From an uncultured Catenibacterium sp. (GTDB lineage Bacteria; Bacillota_I; Bacilli_A; Erysipelotrichales; Coprobacillaceae), in the NCBI RefSeq assembly GCF_900540685.1, contig NZ_UQGS01000001.1: a DNA stretch of 64,000 nt; one strand, 5' to 3'. The translations under genes and the position numbers were made by a program. Below are positions 10,826-19,828 of this stretch, piece by piece (position 1 is the stretch's first letter; each line of letters opens with the position of its first letter). The notes beneath the pieces are model-generated. The model was not told the DNA's origin. It did not search any database and saw only the letters and a list, made by a program, of their open reading frames with translations.

Positions 10826-10859
10826 TAATCTGAATAAAAATTGAAAGAGAAAACAAATT

Positions 10860-12300
10860 TTACCCTAAAAAAAGTGCATAAAGCCCCTTTCCCCAAATGG
10901 AAGGCTATTCTATTTGAGGTGAGTTCGTAGATTCTTTTCTGATGAGTTGTAGAATCTCTGCTTCAGATAAGCCGGTGCGGCTGAGCTGATTGAAGGCATT
11001 TCGTAAATTATTTTTAACGTATTCGATTCGCTGCTTCTTTGTTGTTTCAACATCTGCCATGTCTGTTGGGTTAAATACTTCACCGGTTTTTAAAAGGTGA
11101 TAGACAGCAGTAAGTATTTTTCTTGCAATCGCAATGATAGCTCGCTTCTTACCGCGTCTTTTAGATATCTTTTTAAATTTGGCTGCATAGTAATCGCAGT
11201 TCTTATCTTTTACGGCAGCATGTGCAACCTGAACAAGACAAGGCTTAAGATAAACACCAGCTTTTGAAACTTTAACCGATTTCTTTTTGCCAGCTGATTC
11301 ATTACATCCAGGAGCTAATCCAGCCCATGAAGCAAGTTTACGATGAGAGGACCACTGAGACATATCGGTGCCGATTTCAGAGATAATGGTAATAGCAGAT
11401 TTTCTATTGATTCCTGGTATTGTACAAAGAATCTGTATGTATTCTTCGTAGTTGGCAACCATCAAGTCAATATGGTGCTGTATTTCATCAAGAAGAGAAT
11501 CAAGATATTCCATATGTTTCTGAACGATTTTAATTCTGTCCTTTTGAAACTGATTTAGTTGAATACCATCAACAGCACTAAGGATGTCTTCATGAGATGC
11601 TTTACAACCGGCATGAACTTTAGAAAGAATATCTTCACTTGTATATGGATCATTTGATAAAATAGTATCGACAATAGCGGAAGCAGATTTACCAAAGATA
11701 TCAGAAAAAACAATATCAAGTTTACAGTTTCCAGTAGTCAAAGCGTTTTGGAAACGATTCTTTTCAGAAGAACGCATATTGACAAGTTTATACTGATAGC
11801 GGGTAAATTCCCTGAGGACGCGGATATCCTTTTCAGGGATATAGCTGGATCTGACAATACCGAATTTAAAGAGGTCGGCAATCCATTTGGCATCCTTATT
11901 GTCATCCTTCTCACCTTTGATAGCCTTGACCCATTTAGGATTGGCAACAACGACATTAGAAATATGGCCTTCTAATGCATTGTATACAGGGATATAGTAC
12001 TTGCCGGTTGATTCCATGCATACATTTTGACAGTTGTTTTCAATAAGCCAATTCTTGAATTGAATGAGTTGGTTATTGAAGGTTGAGAATCTTTTTTTAA
12101 TGTACTTGGGTTTGACGGATTCAGAGATGCAGATAACAGCAACAATGAAAGATTTGTGCACGTCAACACCACAAGATCTAGGGTAAACAATCTCCATAAA
12201 TAAAAGGCTCCTTATAAGAATATAGAGAAGGAGCTCAGTGACTGACTGATCAACACTAAAAGATTAAACTCAAGTCAATGATTAATCTGCAGACTTAAAA
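10860..12300 (-). mobile_element. IS110-family insertion sequence (boundaries approximate)
   Basis: Single transposase ORF. IS110 elements lack terminal inverted repeats, so the ends cannot be set by eye. Flanked by the murR-fragment copy C and CRISPR array 1. Confidence 0.45.
10905..12197 (-). CDS. IS110-family transposase
   Basis: 430 aa with an N-terminal DEDD-type IS110 catalytic domain. The C-terminal Transposase_20 signature region reads HRKLASWAGLAPGCNESAGKKKS. Confidence 0.8.
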   Translation of the reverse strand: MEIVYPRSCGVDVHKSFIVAVICISESVKPKYIKKRFSTFNNQLIQFKNWLIENNCQNVCMESTGKYYIPVYNALEGHISNVVVANPKWVKAIKGEKDDNKDAKWIADLFKFGIVRSSYIPEKDIRVLREFTRYQYKLVNMRSSEKNRFQNALTTGNCKLDIVFSDIFGKSASAIVDTILSNDPYTSEDILSKVHAGCKASHEDILSAVDGIQLNQFQKDRIKIVQKHMEYLDSLLDEIQHHIDLMVANYEEYIQILCTIPGINRKSAITIISEIGTDMSQWSSHRKLASWAGLAPGCNESAGKKKSVKVSKAGVYLKPCLVQVAHAAVKDKNCDYYAAKFKKISKRRGKKRAIIAIARKILTAVYHLLKTGEVFNPTDMADVETTKKQRIEYVKNNLRNAFNQLSRTGLSEAEILQLIRKESTNSPQIE

Positions 12301-12559
12301 GACATACTCATGTGTGCTTGAAAAGATCAGCCTTGCACTGGTTATTATACTGTTTTGACTTGAACGAGTTGCAAGAATCTACAACTCACCCCACCGTGCT
12401 TTGTAGTGTAAGACTCCTTCAATTAAAATATAAAATAAGATGCCTGCACAAACAAGAATTATTCATTTCTATGTGTGCCTTGGAGCTGCAGGCGGAAAGG
12501 AATGTGAGGTTATTATGAACGATTTTTGATCTGAATGCACTACAGCTCTCAGAGAAGAG

Positions 12560-12960
12560 ATTTCCGTCCCCAACAGGGGTTAACTATTATGAATTATTTG
12601 AAGCACTCTATGGCGATGACTATGAAGTCATTGACACAAGTTTTCGTCCCCAACAGGGGTTAACTATTATGAATCAAATATGACAACAAAGAAGGTTACA
12701 ACAACAGTTTCCGTCCCTAACAGGGGTTAACTATTATGAATAAAGTCATGGTATAACATTAGAAAAATTGGATGAAGTTTCCGTCCCCAACAGGGGTTAA
12801 CTATTATGAATCAAAAGAAAGGCTTAAAGGAATTAGGAAAAATCTTGTTTCCGTCCCCAACAGGGGTTAACTATTATGAATATTTCCATGGTTCTTACTG
12901 GCAATAACTGGAACTCAGCAGAAGTGTTTCCGTCCCCAACAGGGGTTAACTATTATGAAT
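12560..12960 (-). CRISPR. Orphan CRISPR array 1, leaderless (6 repeats, 5 spacers)
   Basis: 35-nt repeat gtttccgtccccaacaggggttaactattatgaat (plus strand). Spacers are 35-45 nt. The first (low-coordinate) repeat is degenerate (gattt...), repeat 2 is gttttcg, repeat 3 is cctaac. No conserved leader on either side. Minus orientation inferred from arrays 2 and 3. Confidence 0.9.
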
Positions 12961-13213
12961 CTTCCGGTTCAACAGCAACCTCGACTTTGTCTCCCTTTGC
13001 ATGAGTTGCAGGTTCCTGTGTCTTGTTTCCATCGGTTACAAAAGAGGTCGTCCCATTTTGCGTCTGGCTAAGTGTCGCTACATAGTCCTGAGCAATCTCG
13101 CTCTCAATCCCTGATTCTTCCGCATAAACGACAGAGATAGGAACTGCTGAGGAGAATGCCATCAGAAAAGAAAGCGTCGAAGCCACACTTCTTTTTAAGA
13201 TAGTTTTCTTCAA
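12953..13213 (-). CDS. Hypothetical small secreted protein
   Basis: 86 aa with a clear Sec signal peptide (KRSVASTLSFLMAFSSAVPISVVYAEE). Lies in a noticeably GC-richer segment (12961-~13400). Its 3' end overlaps the last CRISPR repeat. May be cargo of an inserted element. Confidence 0.3.
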   Translation of the reverse strand: MKKTILKRSVASTLSFLMAFSSAVPISVVYAEESGIESEIAQDYVATLSQTQNGTTSFVTDGNKTQEPATHAKGDKVEVAVEPEDS

Positions 13214-13496
13214 TTGGAATACTCCTTTCTTTTTAGAACTTTTAGTTCTTTGATATCTTACACATCAGCAGTAGAGCATTGTAGCGGATGATTTCTACAT
13301 TGGACTTAAGCCAATGGAAAGACCGAAAATTGTTTTCGACCGGTTATCCCTTTCCGGTCTATTTTTGGTACGATAAAAACAGTACCGATTATAATATGTA
13401 AGAAAAACATTTTTAAACTCGTTCGATTGCACTAAAAATCGGAGACTTTTTTATTTTTTGTCGCTCAATTTAAGAAAAGTGTTGCTATAGGCTATC

Positions 13497-14552
13497 TTAT
13501 TCAGCAAAAATACCATAACGATACTCGTAATACGCTTCCTTAAGTGAAATAGGCATAGGTGTAGCTCTTACCATTTCATTACTGAAAGCTTCGGTATCTA
13601 TAATCATTCTAAGGATCTCAGAAGCCATTTCCTCTTTCTTGAACTTATAGTTAGCCTGCTTCTTGAGAAGCAGGAAATCTAGATACCCCTGTATGTATCT
13701 GGTTCCAACGCCTCTTGTTGTCTGTATCATTGAGCTTACTTCTGTCATCATCTGATTGACAGCACCTAATGATTTACCATCATCAGTAAGATATTTCTTC
13801 TCTATAGGAGATGTTTTAATCTTATTGTTTACTGCTTCAAGATAGTTGGCAAACTGCTGTATGCTTGCCTTTGAATCTGATATGAACTCTTTCACATCTT
13901 CAAAGTAGTCTTCATTCGCTTTATATTTATCGAATGATTCACTTCCAAGACCTGATACCTGCATCATCATATGATCATTTTCATCTGTAACACATACAAT
14001 GGCAACCTTATGATGAGATATTCCTCTATATGCAGCCTGTTTACCTCTTTTCTTTGAGTATCTGGGCATATTCTGAGGGCGTGTTCCCTTTAGGTTGATA
14101 CTTTTATACTGTGTATCTATTTCAACTTCACCAGATAATTTCTGATGACCCATGATTTCAGATGCTGCATGATAAAGTTTATGACGCATATAGAAGCAGG
14201 TTGTCTTGCTTGTTCCTAAGATGTGAGCTTCATTATCTAGAGTCATTTTATATAGCTCTAGTTCAATGAAGTGACGCCACTGGTCTAGAGTGAAGTGAGA
14301 CCAGTAAAATAAGGTATTGGTTCTATCACCAAAGGATTTGTGACAGTCAAGACAGATATATCTCTGGTGACCGTTCTTATCCTTTCCATTCTTCTTGAAA
14401 TGAACTGAACCACAGAAAGGGCATGCCTTATGAGATGGATCAATATCTTCATCATTCTGTTCATATAATGATTCAATAAGCTTGTTTACATAATCCTTAT
14501 CCTTAGATCTTAAATAGTTTTTTACCTGGTTTTCAGTTATCATAGCACTCAC
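13497..14552 (-). CDS. Zinc-ribbon transposase, IS1595-family-like
   Basis: 351 aa. The N-terminal CPFCGSVHFKKNGKDKNGHQRYICLDCHKSF zinc ribbon is typical of IS1595/ISXO2 (and IS1 InsA) transposases. The length fits IS1595. Family call by pattern only. Confidence 0.45.
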   Translation of the reverse strand: MSAMITENQVKNYLRSKDKDYVNKLIESLYEQNDEDIDPSHKACPFCGSVHFKKNGKDKNGHQRYICLDCHKSFGDRTNTLFYWSHFTLDQWRHFIELELYKMTLDNEAHILGTSKTTCFYMRHKLYHAASEIMGHQKLSGEVEIDTQYKSINLKGTRPQNMPRYSKKRGKQAAYRGISHHKVAIVCVTDENDHMMMQVSGLGSESFDKYKANEDYFEDVKEFISDSKASIQQFANYLEAVNNKIKTSPIEKKYLTDDGKSLGAVNQMMTEVSSMIQTTRGVGTRYIQGYLDFLLLKKQANYKFKKEEMASEILRMIIDTEAFSNEMVRATPMPISLKEAYYEYRYGIFAE

Positions 14553-14782
14553 CTAACCTTTTAAGATTATTTTACAACTATTCAAAAAATCATGACTTGA
14601 GTTAGAGTGCTATAAAGTAGAAAATTAGGCGTTAAGTTAAATTTAATGATCTAGTAGCAACATTTTTCATAAACTGAGCGTTTTTTGTTTGTAATTGAAT
14701 CATCACAAGAAAAAATAGGCAAAAAATAGATCCAACCATCTATGATCGAGTCTATCCATTTCTTATTTAAACTAGGACAATA

Positions 14783-16042
14783 TTAATTTGTTTTTCTTTT
14801 TCCACAAGAAGAACATTTCTGACCGGTAACTACTGTTTCTGTCCAGGCCGCTTTATCAGTAACAGTTTTTGTACCAACTTTTACTCTCTGAGTTTCGTAT
14901 ACAGCGTCGTGATGAACTGTTTCGTAAATATCTCGAGAACTACAAGAATGTCCATACTCTAACATGTGGTCGGTCATCTCACTAGGGTTGGATGTACTAA
15001 ATCCACATTGACGGCACGTCTTTACGGTCTTAACGTAAACTTTCTCATTCCAGGCATCTTTTACTTTAACCTGTCTATTTTCATAAACATCTTCCTGATG
15101 AGTTTCTGCTGGATGATTCACAGTTTTTGTAACGTTAACCCAGGTGTGTGTGTGAGATGGCTTGTTGTTTGAGCTGCTTCCACTATTTGAATTGTTTGAA
15201 CCAGAATTTGGTTTGCTAGAGCTTCCTCCATTGTTTGAACCAGAACTTGGTTTGTTTGTGCTACCAGAATTGTCTTTACTACCAGATGTAGAAGGCTTTT
15301 TAGTTTCTTCCTTCTTATCATCCTTTTTCGCTTCTTCTTTCTTAGTTTCTTCTTCTGGACTCATTGTTGGTGTAGCTGTAGTTTCAGTTTTTACTTCTGT
15401 ATTAGTAGAAGCATCAACCACGTCGCCTCCAGTTACAGTTGTAGAAGCAGGAGCTTTCTGTTCTGTTTTAACTTCGGTTCCATCAGACTTTTTAACAGTT
15501 TCTCCATTATCTGTACGGACTAGTTTATTCTGGTCAGCAAGCTTTTGCGCTTCATCCTTGTTTACAACGACTGTATCTTTTTTAACCTTAACTGTTTCAG
15601 TTTTAGTCTTATCAGTAGATTCTTTATCTGTCTTGGTTTTATCAGTAGACAACTTATCCTTTACAGTTTCAGACTTGATGAAAGCATCTTTGAATGCGTC
15701 ATAAGCTGTGCGATCAGTTGTAATACCGAAGGTAATCTTATAATTTCCTGTTTTTGAAGTGTCTACTTTAGAACTGTCTACATCAATACCTTTTACGATA
15801 GAGCTATCGTATAACACTCCATCAAGGTAATCCACGTCCTTGGAACCTTCTAATACATACATATCATCGATACCAGTATATGTATCTTTGATTGCGTCCT
15901 CGTCAAGCTTAGTCGAATTCGTTGCTACTTTATTCGTACTTTCCACTTTTGTGTCTTTCTTTGCGCCACATCCTGTTGCTGCTCCAGCAACCATGAGCGC
16001 AGCTAAAATCATTGAAATTCTTTTTACATTCTTGTTTGCCAT
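14783..16042 (-). CDS. Lipoprotein with low-complexity T/K/S/N-rich linker and duplicated C-terminal Cys-pair modules
   Basis: The track ORF extends to 16099. The preferred start is MANKNVKRISMILAALMVAGAATGC (lipobox). There are tandem DKTKTD.. and SGSNN.. repeats. Two C-terminal modules each end in CxxC (CRQCGF...HSCS and CSSCGKRK). Confidence 0.55.
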   Translation of the reverse strand: MANKNVKRISMILAALMVAGAATGCGAKKDTKVESTNKVATNSTKLDEDAIKDTYTGIDDMYVLEGSKDVDYLDGVLYDSSIVKGIDVDSSKVDTSKTGNYKITFGITTDRTAYDAFKDAFIKSETVKDKLSTDKTKTDKESTDKTKTETVKVKKDTVVVNKDEAQKLADQNKLVRTDNGETVKKSDGTEVKTEQKAPASTTVTGGDVVDASTNTEVKTETTATPTMSPEEETKKEEAKKDDKKEETKKPSTSGSKDNSGSTNKPSSGSNNGGSSSKPNSGSNNSNSGSSSNNKPSHTHTWVNVTKTVNHPAETHQEDVYENRQVKVKDAWNEKVYVKTVKTCRQCGFSTSNPSEMTDHMLEYGHSCSSRDIYETVHHDAVYETQRVKVGTKTVTDKAAWTETVVTGQKCSSCGKRKTN

Positions 16043-16367
16043 TGTTTGTTCCTCCTGTGCAATATAAATTTTTTCCATGAGCTTTTTGAAGTCACTCATG
16101 ATTCGAAGCTTTCTTCTTCGCCTCTCGCTATATATATGTCAGAAAATGCAAAATTCTTCATTTTTACATACAGCTATTTTCCTGTATCTAATTTTAGGAA
16201 CATTTTTGGGCAAATATAGTAGCTTTATCATAATTTTGGCAGAACACCCCCACCTCTATAGGTGGTGGGATGAATGCCTTCTAAAATATTTTGGCTTACG
16301 CCTCCGACCATGAAACTGTCGGGTTCTTCCCTTGCGGGAGTGGTTCACATCGCCAATGTTAATAACA

Positions 16368-16912
16368 GTTTCCGTCCCCAACAGGGGTTAACCATTATGA
16401 ATATTGAAGCTGAAGACATCCAAAAAATATTTGCTAAGGGTTTCCGTCCCCAACAGGGGTTAACCATTATGAATTTGAAATATGCGACATCAGATGAAGT
16501 TGATTTGCCGGATGTTTCCGTCCCCAACAGGGGTTAACCATTATGAATATTAGCGGAGTTAGCGAAAGAATTAGGTCATACATCGTTTCCGTCCCCAACA
16601 GGGGTTAACCATTATGAATCTTCAAAAGGAGAAATTATATATTTAACAAAAGAAGATGAGTTTCCGTCCCCAACAGGGGTTAACCATTATGAATTGGAAA
16701 GATCGGAACAACAGGCAGACAGTTTGAGGGTTTCCGTCCCCAACAGGGGTTAACCATTATGAATTTTTCATTTTATCATTTTCAACCTCTTTTTTTTTAT
16801 TAGGAAAGTTTCCGTCCCCAACAGGGGTTAACCATTATGAATACTTATAGAGTTAATAATGATTACATCATGGTAGTGTTTCCGTCCCCAACAGGGGTTA
16901 ACCATTATGAAT
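16368..16912 (-). CRISPR. CRISPR array 2 (8 repeats, 7 spacers), downstream of csm6
   Basis: 35-nt repeat gtttccgtccccaacaggggttaaccattatgaat. It differs from arrays 1 and 3 by one C/T (aaccatt vs aactatt). The conserved leader is at the high-coordinate end, so the transcribed (minus-strand) repeat ends ...GACGGAAAC. Confidence 0.95.
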
Positions 16913-17099
16913 CCTTACCTACAAAACCCTGATAAACACTACTTAAAATAACCAAAATGCGTGGCAAAACTACTTTTAGTATTCATAACCATAAGATTTC
17001 CTACAAAACCTTCATTTTTCCCAGTATTTGTCAGTAGCGTGGCAAAAAGTATAGATAAGAGTGTTCTATATCATCAAGAACACTCTTATCATACTTTAA
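16913..17099 (-). promoter_or_regulatory. CRISPR leader of array 2
   Basis: About 187 bp, near-identical to 26835-27030. Contains a perfect 10-bp-stem palindrome (17058-17086, agagtgttct-N9-agaacactct) 14 nt after the csm6 stop. Also two copies of GCGTGGCAAAA and an AT-rich promoter region adjacent to the first repeat. Confidence 0.75.
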
Positions 17100-18437
17100 T
17101 TAATCAATTCTTTCAATAATCAACTGATTCATCAAATCATAACTATTCCAGTATTCATCCTTAATATCTAAATCTGTATAACTAAATACTTTCTCTATCT
17201 TTTTCATAATCGCATTAGAAGAGAAGTTAGTCTTATCCTTTATTACATCATCTGTAACACAAACCATTTCATGTGCTGTAATATTACGAATATTACCTTC
17301 TACACTACGTAGATCTGAAACTAGATTTGCTGCTTCTTTTCTACTACTAGGTATGAAATCATTCAATAATACAACCAATGGTTCAGAATATATAGGACCT
17401 TCTTTAAAACCATTTAAATAGTAATTATTCAATGATTTCAAAACATCACTATCATTTAGTTTATCTAAATCCCATACACGCATAGAATGCTTTTTCTTCT
17501 TCTCTATTTTACAATACTTATTAATATCAATGCCTATTTCATGTTTTAATACCAATTCAAATAAGTCCACAAATAAAGGTGTAATAGATCTAATAAAGTC
17601 TGCATATTCATGTCTTCTTCTCTTTACATCAATATTTAATGCATACTCAAATAGTTTAATACCTTTATCATCCTTTACAGGAAAACAATAAGCCTTTTCC
17701 TTTAAAGACATCTCTAATGCTTTCTTATAATCCAATGATTCTCTATACTTAGCCATTTCAATCAAAGAATAATAACCTTTATCCATAGCACTCTTCTTAA
17801 TAGTCTTAGCTACTTGTAATGCTGCAGAATAATCATAAGCTTCTATATGCTTCTTAATAATTTCTTCTTTCTTAATAATAGCTAATGTAGGACATTCTAC
17901 TTCTATACATCTATTTGCAGAATCTGGGTTATTATCTTCATCTAATTCCCATAAAGTCTCATAATCATTTTCTTTATGAGAATGTTCATTAAGTTTACCT
18001 GTTGGTGTTACAACCTGTATTGTACGACAAGGTAATTCTCCTAATGTCTTTAATACAACTAACCCACTCTTCATTGCTGGTGTACCAGAAGATATATTTA
18101 AAAGGAATTCATCATCTTCATCCATATCTCCCATAATATCCATTAATATATTTCTGAAATCCTTATAGAAGTAATCAAACTCTTGTACTCTTGTAAGTTC
18201 TTTACGTTCTATATATTCCACATCTATATGTCTATTCTGTAATTCAGCTAATTTCTCTATGCAGTATCCATATGGATTATACTTGTGATGCTTTTCAGCC
18301 ATCTCCTTAGATAAATATAAAATAACTTTATCTGGCTTATACTGTCTGCATATATGCAACATAGAACCATCTCTGTAGTTATTTTCAGATATTGGATCAG
18401 TACCTCCTACAGGAGAAAACAAAATCTTTTTACCCAT
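17100..18437 (-). CDS. csm6: Csm6 CARF-HEPN ribonuclease
   Basis: 445 aa. C-terminal HEPN R-X4-H motif (NIRNITAHE). N-terminal Rossmann-like CARF region. Position at the end of a csm operon. Confidence 0.75.
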   Translation of the reverse strand: MGKKILFSPVGGTDPISENNYRDGSMLHICRQYKPDKVILYLSKEMAEKHHKYNPYGYCIEKLAELQNRHIDVEYIERKELTRVQEFDYFYKDFRNILMDIMGDMDEDDEFLLNISSGTPAMKSGLVVLKTLGELPCRTIQVVTPTGKLNEHSHKENDYETLWELDEDNNPDSANRCIEVECPTLAIIKKEEIIKKHIEAYDYSAALQVAKTIKKSAMDKGYYSLIEMAKYRESLDYKKALEMSLKEKAYCFPVKDDKGIKLFEYALNIDVKRRRHEYADFIRSITPLFVDLFELVLKHEIGIDINKYCKIEKKKKHSMRVWDLDKLNDSDVLKSLNNYYLNGFKEGPIYSEPLVVLLNDFIPSSRKEAANLVSDLRSVEGNIRNITAHEMVCVTDDVIKDKTNFSSNAIMKKIEKVFSYTDLDIKDEYWNSYDLMNQLIIERID

Positions 18438-18438
18438 G

Positions 18439-18768
18439 TTATATCACAATAATATCCTCAGATTCTTCACTTTCATCTTTACCCCAGGATATTATCTGCC
18501 CCTTTCCATTAATCTTGTATATTCTTACACTATCTTGAGTCCCTATTCTTTTAGGTATACCTTTGACTAGTTTATCAAATTTATTCTTTCTTAAGTGTGC
18601 TTCAAAAGCTGATTTCTGTACTCTTACTCCATAGCCTGATAACCATTTCGCAAATCTTTGTCTCTTTCTATTATCCACAATATCATAGATAATCAATACG
18701 AACACTTTTCTGATTGATTTATTCTCATCAACCTCAAAGAAATAATCTTCTCTTTCCATAATGATCAC
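18439..18768 (-). CDS. cas2: Cas2
   Basis: 109 aa with a Cas2 signature (VFVLIIYDIVDNRKRQRFAKWLSGYGVRVQKSAFEAHL). Overlaps cas1 by 4 bp. Confidence 0.85.
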   Translation of the reverse strand: MIIMEREDYFFEVDENKSIRKVFVLIIYDIVDNRKRQRFAKWLSGYGVRVQKSAFEAHLRKNKFDKLVKGIPKRIGTQDSVRIYKINGKGQIISWGKDESEESEDIIVI

Positions 18769-19763
18769 CTAATCATAATAGGAGAATACATTGATACATC
18801 TTCATGTATAATAGCGTCTACTAGTGAACTCATTTGAAAAGATATCGCACTTCTGAAACTTACTGGATAATCAATATAATCTAAGTATTTCTGACATATC
18901 TGAAACTTATTTTCTAGTTTCTTGATGAATTTATTCAATGCTTGTTTAGAGATATAAATCCCTTCTCCATCATCTGAATAAAATTCATCAATATGCACTT
19001 CATGTCCATTGATCATACTCATAACAGTAGAGTCTATAAGAACAGCTCTCCATTCTTCCATCATATCACTTGCAAGTGTTGGATGTTTTTCTGCATCTCT
19101 AAGAAGAAATCCAAAGTATGCATTTAAACCTTTTATCTCTATTTCCCCATAGAGTTCATTCATCAAGATAGAATAGCCTAGACTCAACATAGAATTAAAT
19201 GCATCACGAGGCGGTCTTTTACTTCTTCCTTCAAACTTAAATGCATCATCAATACAGATGGATAAGCCTTTAAAATAATACTTTGCAGCACATCCTTCAT
19301 ATCCCATGAGTTCTTCTATATTCTTTACACAATTCACTTTTCTTAAAGCGCTCTTCATATGTAATTCAATATCACTTATATTATGATTTGTGCTTTTAGA
19401 ATATCTTCTCAATACTACAATCTGATTGTGTATCTTAGCATAAATGATTTTCTTAGAAAGTTCTAATGCGAATGGTTGGTCATATAAACCTGCCTGCTTT
19501 CTTTGAAGAGAAACTTTAATATGACCTGTTGAAGATAACCTGCCAAAATAGTGACCACCCTTAGAAAAATAAGATAAAGAAATACCTTTCTTTAAACATT
19601 CTTGGATACATTGTGTTGTGACTTGTGCGTGCCCTAATAAAGTAATACCGTCAATACTTTCTACTGGAATAGTACGAACCATTCCATCTTTATACTTGAC
19701 TGTTATTCTATTATCCTGTTTACCTATCACACAATTACTTTTATCAATATACAATATACTCAT
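18765..19763 (-). CDS. cas1: Cas1 integrase
   Basis: 332 aa with Cas1 motifs (GYEGCAAKYYF, RSKRPPRDAFNSMLSLGYSIL, HPTLASDMMEEWRAVLID). No RT fusion. Confidence 0.9.
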   Translation of the reverse strand: MSILYIDKSNCVIGKQDNRITVKYKDGMVRTIPVESIDGITLLGHAQVTTQCIQECLKKGISLSYFSKGGHYFGRLSSTGHIKVSLQRKQAGLYDQPFALELSKKIIYAKIHNQIVVLRRYSKSTNHNISDIELHMKSALRKVNCVKNIEELMGYEGCAAKYYFKGLSICIDDAFKFEGRSKRPPRDAFNSMLSLGYSILMNELYGEIEIKGLNAYFGFLLRDAEKHPTLASDMMEEWRAVLIDSTVMSMINGHEVHIDEFYSDDGEGIYISKQALNKFIKKLENKFQICQKYLDYIDYPVSFRSAISFQMSSLVDAIIHEDVSMYSPIMIR

Positions 19764-19828
19764 AACGCTTCCTCCTTGTATTGTCCCTTAAAAGAGAAGG
19801 AGAAAGCTGATACTTGGTTACCCAAGTA

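Noticed and set aside
12198-12559. ORF 12312..12518(+) and a possible leader for array 1
   Set aside because: No similarity to the conserved leader of arrays 2 and 3, no RBS, and the composition is non-coding-like.
15162-15704. 180-aa plus-strand ORF rich in L/F/S
   Set aside because: Antisense to the low-complexity linker of the 14783..16042 lipoprotein gene. It is an open frame generated by the repetitive codon composition.
16327-16337. 11-mer ctcccgcaagg shared (reverse-complement) between 16327 and 30632
   Set aside because: About 1000 such 11-mer coincidences are expected by chance in 64 kb on both strands.
16274-16537. ORFs 16274..16537(+) and 16345..16527(-) with internally repeated peptides
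   Set aside because: They lie entirely within CRISPR array 2. The repetition is an artefact of translating the direct repeats.
18765-19763. Possibility of an RT-Cas1 fusion (common in some type III loci)
   Set aside because: Cas1 is 332 aa and alignable to canonical Cas1 over its whole length. No reverse-transcriptase motifs are present.
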